Source: a virus (taxonomy: Duplodnaviria; Caudoviricetes). Taken from it: 62,365 bases of DNA. Below the pieces are notes generated by a model, which was not told the origin of the DNA, searched no databases, and saw only the letters and a program-made list of their open reading frames with translations. The position numbers and the translations under genes are program-made. The DNA is taken from positions 1 through 62,365 of the IMG/VR virus record IMGVR_UViG_3300008624_000009. One strand, 5' to 3'. The first letter of the stretch is position 1. Each line of letters begins with the position of its first letter. Shown here in pieces: positions 8,097 to 17,700 of the stretch.

Positions 8097-9925
8097 TGCC
8101 AACATCCGATAAATTACAAATTACAGATTTAGAGTTTGATGATATTAAGTTAAATATAATCGAATTTCTTAAAGGACAAAATAAATTTCAAGATTATGAT
8201 TTTGAGGGTAGTGGTATGGCTGTATTGATAGACCTTCTAGCATACAATACACATTACATGGGTTACTATGCAAATATGCTTGGTAATGAAATGTTTTTAG
8301 ATTCTTCTTCTCTAAGAGAGTCAGTTGTATCTCACGCAAAACTTCTTAACGTACATCCAACATCAAAGAAAGCTTCTAAAGCAAAAATAGATATTACTTT
8401 TACTCCTGAAGGAAATCCCGCATCTTTAACAATAGAAAAAAATACTGCTTTTACTTCAAGCATTAATGGTACAACATATAGATATATTACGAATGAAACA
8501 ACGTCTATACCTCGTTCTCTTTCTGGTACATATTCAGTTACAGGATTAGAGCTTATAGAAGGAACTATTTTAAATAAATCATATACAGTATTAGGTACAG
8601 ATAAAACACAAAGATTTATTATTCCTAATGCTGATATTGATACAAGTACAATTTCTGTTGTAGTACAAAAATCAGCAACGGACTCGGAAGTATATTCTTA
8701 TCAAGATGGCAACTCACTTGATATTACTACAATAAAAGGTACTGATAGAATTTTCTTTCTCCAAGAAGTAGAAGGAGAAAAGTATGAAATTATATTTGGT
8801 GATGATGTTATTGGGAAATCTTTAACTGATGGTAATATTATCTTTATTGAATATATGATAACAAGTGGTATTGATGGAAATTTTGCATCAACATTTACTG
8901 CTGTTGGTACAGTTGCTGGCCTTGGTTCAGATAACTATATATTGACAACGAATGAAGTTGCGATAGGTGGAGCAGATAAACAGTCAATGACTTCTTTACA
9001 ATATCAAGCACCTAAACTTTATCAAGCACAGGGTAGAGCAATTACTAGTGCTGATTATAAAGCTATTGTTTTACAACAAAGACCAGATGTTGAATCAATA
9101 ATTGTTTATGGTGGTGAAGAAGCAGAAGAAGTACAATATGGTAGAGTCTTTATTGCTGTTAAGTTATCTGGAACTAATTTACTTAGTACCTCCGCAAAAT
9201 CATCTATTAAAGAATCTATTTTGAAAAAAGTAAATGTTGTAACAGTTGAGCCAATTATTATTGATCCAACATTCTTTTATTTAGTTATAGAAAGTACAAT
9301 TAACTATGATCCTGTTACAAATTTAATTGATGAAGATACTTTAAAACTTAATATTTCCAATAATATTAAAAAACATTTACAAGAAAATTTAGAAAAATTT
9401 AGTCAGAAGTTTAGATATTCGCAATTAGTTAATGATATTGATAAAACTGATAATTCTATTAGGAACAATAAAACATCTATTAAATACCAACAAAGGATAA
9501 GGCCACTTCTTTTTAATACACCTCAAACTTATACATTAAATTTTAATAATAAATTAGAAAAGGGAAGTATATCATCTTCATCTTTTATTACTCCTAATGG
9601 AAATACATATTCATTAATTGACGATTCGGAAAATAATATTAAAGCTGCAAGAACAACAAATGGTATTGTAGATAGTCCAAAAGAATATATGATACAATCT
9701 GATGGTTCAACAAATCAAGGTACTATTGATTATGATACAGGAAAAATAGTTTTAAATAGTATGACAGTATCTTCAATCACAGATGATACTGATACTATAA
9801 GATTTAATGCTTCACCAGAAATTAATAATAGTGATGTTTCTCCATTAAGAGAACAAATACTAACTTATGATTCAACAGATCCATCATCAATTACTATTAA
9901 CATGATAGCAGAAACAATAATCTAA
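8096..9925 (+). CDS. gp6: Baseplate wedge protein gp6
   Basis: DYDFEGS...LAYNTHY, RAITSADY, YGGE, YGRVFI. Confidence 0.93.
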   Translation: MPTSDKLQITDLEFDDIKLNIIEFLKGQNKFQDYDFEGSGMAVLIDLLAYNTHYMGYYANMLGNEMFLDSSSLRESVVSHAKLLNVHPTSKKASKAKIDITFTPEGNPASLTIEKNTAFTSSINGTTYRYITNETTSIPRSLSGTYSVTGLELIEGTILNKSYTVLGTDKTQRFIIPNADIDTSTISVVVQKSATDSEVYSYQDGNSLDITTIKGTDRIFFLQEVEGEKYEIIFGDDVIGKSLTDGNIIFIEYMITSGIDGNFASTFTAVGTVAGLGSDNYILTTNEVAIGGADKQSMTSLQYQAPKLYQAQGRAITSADYKAIVLQQRPDVESIIVYGGEEAEEVQYGRVFIAVKLSGTNLLSTSAKSSIKESILKKVNVVTVEPIIIDPTFFYLVIESTINYDPVTNLIDEDTLKLNISNNIKKHLQENLEKFSQKFRYSQLVNDIDKTDNSIRNNKTSIKYQQRIRPLLFNTPQTYTLNFNNKLEKGSISSSSFITPNGNTYSLIDDSENNIKAARTTNGIVDSPKEYMIQSDGSTNQGTIDYDTGKIVLNSMTVSSITDDTDTIRFNASPEINNSDVSPLREQILTYDSTDPSSITINMIAETII

Positions 9926-9926
9926 T

Positions 9927-12900
9927 ATGACAACTGTAATTCCAAATCATCCGATACATCCAGATTTTCATGAGCGAATAAGTGTTAAGGTTGAAGGACA
10001 ATTACCTGGCTTCGTAAAACACGACCATGAACTCTTTGTTTCTTTTTTAGAAGCATATTATGAGTATATGGAACAAGTTGGCAAACCTTATGAAGTTATT
10101 GGCAATCTTAATAATTATGCTAATATTGATAAAACTATTGATGAGTTTTTACAATACTTTAAAAAACAATTTGGTGATGATATACCAGAATCAATTTTTG
10201 CTAATTCTAATAAACCATTTATTTTAAAGCATCTTAGAGATTTTTATAGAACTAAGGGAAGTGAAAAATCTTTTGAATTTCTTTTTAGATTATTATATCA
10301 AGAAGAAATTACAATTACATATCCAGGCAAAGATATTCTTCGCACCTCTGATGGTAAGTATGATACGAGTTATGTTATTAGAACGATTGATATGTCCGAG
10401 AATATTTTTTCTATGGAAGGAAAAAGAATAACAGGACAAACCTCTGGTGCAAAGGCAACAGTAGAAAGTATCATTGTTGAAATATTAGGAAGTGCTTGTA
10501 TTACGTCTTTATTTCTTTCTGAGGTTCTTGGTGAATTTCAAACAAACGAATTAATTTCTGATGGCATACATAGTTTTTCTATTGGAAATATGATTATTGA
10601 CTCAGAGGTAACTAACTCTGGTTCTTTATATAGTGTTGATGATATTATTCCATTGATGGGTGTAGCTAAAAATTCTGGTGCTTTAATTAGAGTTCGTGAA
10701 ATTACATCTGGTTCTTTAACTACTACTATTATTAATAATGCTGGTAGTGGATATAAGGTTGGTGATAAATTAACTATTAACAATACTAATAAATTATCAT
10801 TAGATGGAAGGCCTGCTAGTTTAATAGTACAAGATGTAGATGTAAACGGTTCTATTACGAAATTATGGTTAGAGAATAAAGGAAGTGGTTATATTGCTTT
10901 ACCTACGATTGATGGTGGTGGCTCAGGAACAGATGCTGATATTGTATTTAATTTAGAAGGTACTGGTATAGGTGGTATAAAAAAATTAGAAATTATCAAT
11001 AGTGGATTTGGTTATAATAATATACCAACTTTAGATTTTTCTGGACAAGGTGATGGAACTGCTACTGCTACACTTAGTATTGGTGGTTTTGATACAACAC
11101 CAAAAACTAGGTTTATTAATTCTGATGGTTTTTTAAGTGCTAATAAATATATACAAGATAGTTATTTTTATCAATTATTCTCATATGAAATTGAATCATC
11201 ACAAAATATTATTCAATGGCGAGATATTGTTAAGAGACTGATTCATCCTGCTGGTTTAGCATTATTTGGAAAAGTACAATATACATCTAGGTTTGCTGCA
11301 CCATTAAGTATTACAAGTATTGTTCCAGATACATTAGATAGATATACTATTGTATTCCATGATGGTACACTTACACCGCCATATATTTTAGATTTAAATA
11401 TAGAAACTTGTGATGATGCACAGGATATAAGAGTTTTTCATCCAACAGATAATTATGGTGGTTTTATATTGGATGATGATTTTGAAGATTATCAACCATC
11501 ACCAGACACATTAAGTACTGCGTTTTCTGTTGATGAAGATTATCAACCATCACCAGAAACATTAAGTACAGTATTTTCGTCAGAAGAAAATTATGGACAA
11601 TTAATAGAACCAGCTGCTACTACCCAATCTGCTAATATTGGTTGCCCTGGCGATATAGATTTTCCATTTACAGTTGGTATATGTTCTCCTACTGATTTTG
11701 GTTTAATTACTGATAGTGATATAAATGGTGGAGGGGCAGATCTTCAGCCAGAAGATTATGGTGAAGTTAGAGATCCAAATTTTTATTTCCAACCAACAAA
11801 ATGTCAAACTTATGAGATAGACTTAGGAATAGAAAATTTACTTGAAAATTATGGGTATGATGATTATCTTTATACTTATATTAGTGAAGGTTCACATACT
11901 GGGCGTTCAGATACAGTAGAAGATTATGGAAGTACTATTGAAGCATCCACAGATAAGGAAGATTATGGAAAGGTTAATTGGTTTAATACATACTTCGGCA
12001 CACAGAAAAAACTTGGGCCGGTATTAAGAACACAAGATACTACAAAATTTCATTCTAGTTATAGAACAACTGAGAATATAGGTACGATACAAAGAATTTT
12101 TGTTTTTGATGGAGCTGATGGACATAAGATTGCTCCTACTGTTACAGTTGAAGCTCCTGTTAATGGTGGAACTACTGCTATAGCAAAAGCATATTTTAAA
12201 GATCCATTAATACCAGATTTACAAGTTGGTCAAGGAGATGATACAACAACTCCTATTATTCTTACACAAGAAGTAAATGATGTATCACATATTACAGTTA
12301 GTTTAAATGGACTTATTCAAGTGCCCAATGTAGATTATACTGTTAGTGGTACTACGATAACATTTGATGAAGCTGTTAGTACTGATGAATCTATTATGAT
12401 TTATTATTTAAATTATAATGATGAATATAGTTTACAAACAGGACAGGGAGATGATACAATAACTCCTATTATTTTAACACAAGTAGTTAATAATCCAGAA
12501 GATATTATTGTTAGTCTAAATGGCGTTACTCAAATTCCTACGACAGACTATACTGTTAGTGGTACTACGATAACATTTGATGAAGCTGTTAGTACGGATG
12601 AATCTATTGTTATACAATATTTGGGTGATGGATGGACTACAATTCAACAAGGACAGGGAGATGATACAACAACTCCTATTGTTCTTTCTCAAGTAGTAAC
12701 TGGTAATGCTAATTCAAGTGAATCAAAAAAAGAACACGTTATAATTACTTTGAATGGTATTAGACAAATACCGATTAATGATTATACAATAGATGGTACG
12801 ATATTGACATTTAATGAAGTTATGAGTTCTGATGATAATATTCTTATTTATTATTTGGATGAGAATATGAGACCAAGTAGTGAAGAATTAGATTATGTTG

Positions 12901-13208
12901 CTGGTATTAGGGTTATTGATTCGGGAAGTGGATATACTTATGAGGAGATTCCTACTGTAACTATGACACCTTCTGAATCTGGACAAACAGCTATCGCATC
13001 TGCAACAATAGTTAGGGGCCCACATTATAGTCCTATTAGTATAAGACAAAATGAAAAGGCAGCAGATTTTCTAATATTTAGAGGGAATAAGACTAAGAGA
13101 TGTGTTGAACCAATTATAACCCAGTATAAACTCATTTCAGATCCAAATAATGCTGGGAGTTTTTATGAAACAACGCCACCTATTACGGATAGATTGCAAG
13201 GAATTTAA
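9927..13208 (+). CDS. gp7: Baseplate wedge initiator gp7-like, with inserted repeats
   Basis: FLEAYYEY, FYRTKGSEKSFEFLFRLLY, IQDSYFYQ.FSY, HPAG; lies between gp6 and gp8. Confidence 0.8.
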   Translation: MTTVIPNHPIHPDFHERISVKVEGQLPGFVKHDHELFVSFLEAYYEYMEQVGKPYEVIGNLNNYANIDKTIDEFLQYFKKQFGDDIPESIFANSNKPFILKHLRDFYRTKGSEKSFEFLFRLLYQEEITITYPGKDILRTSDGKYDTSYVIRTIDMSENIFSMEGKRITGQTSGAKATVESIIVEILGSACITSLFLSEVLGEFQTNELISDGIHSFSIGNMIIDSEVTNSGSLYSVDDIIPLMGVAKNSGALIRVREITSGSLTTTIINNAGSGYKVGDKLTINNTNKLSLDGRPASLIVQDVDVNGSITKLWLENKGSGYIALPTIDGGGSGTDADIVFNLEGTGIGGIKKLEIINSGFGYNNIPTLDFSGQGDGTATATLSIGGFDTTPKTRFINSDGFLSANKYIQDSYFYQLFSYEIESSQNIIQWRDIVKRLIHPAGLALFGKVQYTSRFAAPLSITSIVPDTLDRYTIVFHDGTLTPPYILDLNIETCDDAQDIRVFHPTDNYGGFILDDDFEDYQPSPDTLSTAFSVDEDYQPSPETLSTVFSSEENYGQLIEPAATTQSANIGCPGDIDFPFTVGICSPTDFGLITDSDINGGGADLQPEDYGEVRDPNFYFQPTKCQTYEIDLGIENLLENYGYDDYLYTYISEGSHTGRSDTVEDYGSTIEASTDKEDYGKVNWFNTYFGTQKKLGPVLRTQDTTKFHSSYRTTENIGTIQRIFVFDGADGHKIAPTVTVEAPVNGGTTAIAKAYFKDPLIPDLQVGQGDDTTTPIILTQEVNDVSHITVSLNGLIQVPNVDYTVSGTTITFDEAVSTDESIMIYYLNYNDEYSLQTGQGDDTITPIILTQVVNNPEDIIVSLNGVTQIPTTDYTVSGTTITFDEAVSTDESIVIQYLGDGWTTIQQGQGDDTTTPIVLSQVVTGNANSSESKKEHVIITLNGIRQIPINDYTIDGTILTFNEVMSSDDNILIYYLDENMRPSSEELDYVAGIRVIDSGSGYTYEEIPTVTMTPSESGQTAIASATIVRGPHYSPISIRQNEKAADFLIFRGNKTKRCVEPIITQYKLISDPNNAGSFYETTPPITDRLQGI
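11484..11597 (+). repeat. 51-bp (17-aa) tandem repeat EDYQPSP.TLST.FS in gp7
   Basis: Copies start at 11484 and 11535, with a partial third at 11586. Confidence 0.85.
12227..12860 (+). repeat. Three ~70-aa GQGDDTTTP..LNG..Q.P..DYT.SGTTITF modules in gp7
   Basis: Visible in the protein; 12336-12395 and 12549-12608 match at 59 of 60 nt. Confidence 0.85.
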
Positions 13209-13227
13209 AAATTATTTAAATAAGTAT

Positions 13228-13235
13228 TATAAATA
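13228..13235 (+). promoter_or_regulatory. T4-type late promoter
   Basis: TATAAATA upstream of gp8. Confidence 0.75.
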
Positions 13236-13271
13236 CACAATAAGGATAACCAATATTAAAGGAATTACAAT

Positions 13272-14762
13272 ATGAGTGCAATAATTAATAACAGTTTTAG
13301 GAAGTTTCAAGCTGATAATTTTATAGACAGCTTTACAGAAGCAGATGCTAATGGTGCATTGAAGTCGAATATCTATTTAGCTATCGGCAAAAATGACGCA
13401 TGGAGTGGACTTACGGAAGATAATATTTCTGAATTTCGTGTAACAAGTTCTCTAACAGATGCAGCAAGTGATACTAATATCCCTTTACCAGTTGATACTG
13501 TTCAAGCACCATCTCTCCATTGGGAAGATATAGCTGCTATAAAAAAGATTAATGAAGTATCTCATGTAATTGCTAGATATGATTGGACAAGTGGTACAGT
13601 ATATCGTGAATATTCTCACGACAGAGATGATATTATTGATAATGTTAATCCTGGCGCAGCATCGTCAACAACAGAAACACCATTTTATGTTTTTACAGAA
13701 GATTTCAGAGTTTATAAATGTATCTGTAATAATAATGGAGCTGCATCAATGGAAAAACCTACGGGTGCTTCTACTGGATTAACTAAAACTGTTTCGGATG
13801 GTTATATTTGGAAATTTATGTATGAGGTAGAACAGGCAGATGTATTGAAATATTTAACTAAAGATTGGATTCCTGCTAATTCTCCTGCTAAAGCACATCA
13901 AGTAGAACAACTTGCAGTAGAAGGAGCATCAGTTGATGGCACTATTGATTATATTAAAATAGTAGATGGTGGTTCTGGATATAGATATACTACTGGAACA
14001 CCAGCAGCAAATGCATCTGTAAGTACACTTCCGTTACAAAATGCAGCTGCAGGAGCTACTACAATGGTTGCAGATAATACAGATGATTTTTATAATGATT
14101 TATCTGTATATATTACATCCGGGCCAGGTGCTGGACAGTATAGAACAATCACAGATTATGATGGGCCAAATAGAACAGCAACAGTATCTCCTGATTGGGA
14201 TTCTAATGATGTACCAACTACCTCAAGTGTTTATATGGTAGCACCTAAAGTTAGTGTTGATGGAATGGCTGGTGGACAGGTTCCGGGCGGACTTGGTTTA
14301 ACAGCAAGAGTATCTAAACTTAGTGCTAATGGTGCAGTAGAGGAAGTAGCTATTGTTAATAAAACACCTAATGCAAATACTTTTTATAGAAAAGCAACTG
14401 CTGTTGTTGATGGTGGAAATGGTGCTGGTGCTATTCTTAAACCAATTATTAATCCTAGAGGTGGACACGGTTCAGATTGTGTAAGTGAATTAGGTGGTGC
14501 TTTCGTAATGATGAATGTTAGATTGCGTGGAGAAGATGGGGATGGTGATTTTGAAACTGGTGTCAATGCAGATTTTAGAAAAGTACATATATTAGTTAAT
14601 CCTAAAAAAAGTATTGAAGATTTAGGTACTGCAACTGGCCCAACATATAATATAGCAGAATTACAAAAAGATACGGGGACATTTTTATATACAGAATTTC
14701 GCCCACCTATTCATAGATCACCAGATTCAACTGAAGATATTAAATTAGTAGTTGAGTTCTAG
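13272..14762 (+). CDS. gp8: Baseplate wedge protein gp8
   Basis: RYDWTSGTVY, VYKCICNN, DGYIWKFMY, C-terminal EDIKLVVEF. Confidence 0.9.
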   Translation: MSAIINNSFRKFQADNFIDSFTEADANGALKSNIYLAIGKNDAWSGLTEDNISEFRVTSSLTDAASDTNIPLPVDTVQAPSLHWEDIAAIKKINEVSHVIARYDWTSGTVYREYSHDRDDIIDNVNPGAASSTTETPFYVFTEDFRVYKCICNNNGAASMEKPTGASTGLTKTVSDGYIWKFMYEVEQADVLKYLTKDWIPANSPAKAHQVEQLAVEGASVDGTIDYIKIVDGGSGYRYTTGTPAANASVSTLPLQNAAAGATTMVADNTDDFYNDLSVYITSGPGAGQYRTITDYDGPNRTATVSPDWDSNDVPTTSSVYMVAPKVSVDGMAGGQVPGGLGLTARVSKLSANGAVEEVAIVNKTPNANTFYRKATAVVDGGNGAGAILKPIINPRGGHGSDCVSELGGAFVMMNVRLRGEDGDGDFETGVNADFRKVHILVNPKKSIEDLGTATGPTYNIAELQKDTGTFLYTEFRPPIHRSPDSTEDIKLVVEF

Positions 14763-14794
14763 TACATAAATAATTAAAAAAATAAAAGGTAATT

Positions 14795-17700
14795 ATGTCT
14801 AATAATATTACAATCAATACAAATCAGAATCCTTACTTTGATGATTTTGATGATGATAAGAATTTTCATCAAGTTTTATATAAACCATCTCTACCAGTAC
14901 AGGCTAGAGAATTAACTACGCAACAGAGTATTCTTCGCGATCAAGTTAAAAAGTTTGGTGATCATATTTTTAGAAATGGTAGCAAGGTAACTGGTGGTGA
15001 ACTTGTTTTAAATTTGGACTATGAATATGTTAAATTAAAACCACAATACAATGGAGTAGATATTAATGTATCTGGTTTTACTGGAAAAACAATTATAGGT
15101 TCACAGACAGGTACTAGGGCTATTATACTTGGATATTCAGAAAAGGATGCTGTTACAGGTGATCCTGATACTGTCTATGTTAAATATATTACTGGTGGTT
15201 CTGTTACTAATAGTTTACAAGGAATAAGTATATCTAATCAAGGTGATGGTTATACAGTTGCACCAACAGTTCAAATATCTGGTAATGGAACTGGTGCTGA
15301 AGCAGAAGCTATTATTAGTTCAGGAAAAGTTATTGCAATTAATATTACAAACAGGGGAACAGGATATACTAGTGTTCCTACAATTACTTTATTTGGTGGT
15401 AATGGAAATGGAGCTATCGCAGTTGCTAGTCTGGAAACTTCTCCACAATTTTTAGCAGGAGAAAGAATATATGCTTCCGACTTAACTATGTCGGCAGATA
15501 TTGTTGACTCTACTCCTACTAGTATTAAATCTATTACAGTTACGAAAGGTGGTGCTGGTTATACTGAGGCACCAGTTGTAACGATTGCTAATGCTCCTAC
15601 TGACGGTACTACTGCTACAGCAGCTGCAACTATAAGTAATGGTGTCGTAACTGCCGTTACAGTAATTACACAAGGTTCTGGTTATACATCACTTCCAGCA
15701 GTAACTATTGCAAATGCTCCAGCCGGTGGTGTTAATGCAACAGCAGAAAGTGTTTTAGCAACAGCTGTTGGTAAGGGTAGTTCTGCATCTATATCAGAAG
15801 GTGTGTTTTATCTTAATGGTAATTTTGTTAAGGTAGGACAACAAACATTAGTATTAGATAAATATTTTAATGATCCTACATATCGGGTTGGACTTTCTGT
15901 AACAGAAAAAATTGTAAATTCTGGTGATGATGCTACTCTCCTTGATAACTCACAAGGTTCTTCAAACTTCGCAGCTCCTGGCGCAGATAGATTAAAGTTA
16001 TCCTTAACTCTTTCAAAGAAAACAATAGACTCAACAGATGATACGGATTTTTATGAACTTCTGAGAGTTAATAAAGGTGTTAAGGAAAAAAATATTCAAG
16101 TTCCTATATATTCTACTTTAGAAGATACATTTGCTAGAAGGACTTTTGATGAGTCTGGAAGTTATACTGTAAGGTCTTTTAATATTCAATTAAAAGATGA
16201 TCCAGAAGATAATTCAAAATTTATTGTTAGACTAGATCCTGGCAAAGCATTTATTGAGGGGTATGAATTTGAAACATTAGTTTCTCAAGATATTAAATTA
16301 GATAAAGCAAGAGAAGTAATGAATGTTAGTGGTTTTGACCGTTTAATGCAATACGGCAACTATGTCGTTTTAAAAAATCTTAATGGTTTATTTAATATTG
16401 CTGATCATAAGGTAGTAGATTTACATAATGTAACCCATTCTAATATAGATTTAAATAATTATAGTAATACGAAAATAGGAACAGCAAGAGTACGAAGTAT
16501 TGATTTTTCTTCTTCTACTGCTGGAGCAGATAGAATATTTAATTTATATGTTTATGATATAAAAATGTCTAGTTCTAAATTTTCTGCTGTTGAATCTATT
16601 GTTTATACAGATGATGCTGCTGCTTCTACTGTTACTCTTGATGCTAAAGCAGATATTGATAATACAGGTAAGGCTGGTGCTGTTGTTGATGGTGATACAC
16701 AGGTTTTTGAAACATCTGATAATTCTCTAGTCTTTAAACTTCCTCAACATACTATAAAAACAATTCGTGGTCTTAATAATGTAATAGATACAAATTATAC
16801 TGTTAAAAAAGTTTTTCAAGCAGTATCATTTACGAATGGTGTAGCAACTATTGCTACTGCTGGTGCATCTGAAACTTTTGTTGGTACTGGACAATTATCT
16901 GATTCTGTTAAACGAGAAAATTATCTTGTAGTAATTAAGTCTAGTGGAACATCTGGATTAGCTGCTGGAACTTTAGTTCGATTTGATACTTCTGGTACAA
17001 GTATTGAAGTTCCTGGCCCTCAGAATACAACAGCACAGTTCAACGCTAATACTTCTACAAATTTTACAGCAGATATTATTGCTACGGTAAATGTTAGTGG
17101 TAAACAAGAAAGAGTAAAAAATCTTACAAAGAATAGTACGTTGACATTTGCTACACCAAGTACTGCTGCAACTGTAGCAAATTCCCTTAACAAATCAGAT
17201 GTATGGAAAATAAAAGGAGTATTTGATTCTGGTGCTCTTGGTTCTACTCCATTATTACCAACCCTTACTGTTGATACTACTTCTGATACTTTAATTCCAG
17301 GCGAGATTATTACAGGACAAACTTCTGGTGCTAAAGGAACAGTTATTCTTGGTGCTGGTGGAACAACGGATGTTACATATGTTCCTGTATCTGGTACGTT
17401 CGAGGCATCAGAAAATATTACAGGTGAAGAAAGTGGTTTTACTAAAGAGGTTTCTGCTGTTGCAGAAGGTGATACTAATATTACTTCTAGTTATGAATTA
17501 GACACAGGACAGAGAGATAATTTATATGATTATGGAAGTGTTAAATTAAAAGTAGGAGAAACAGCACCTACTGGACAAATTACAGTTGTTTTTGATTTCT
17601 TTACACATACTGGTTCTGGCTATTTATCAGTTGATTCTTATACAGCTGCTATTGGTTTTGATAATATTCCAAAGTATTCAAGTCCAGTAACAGGTGAAGA

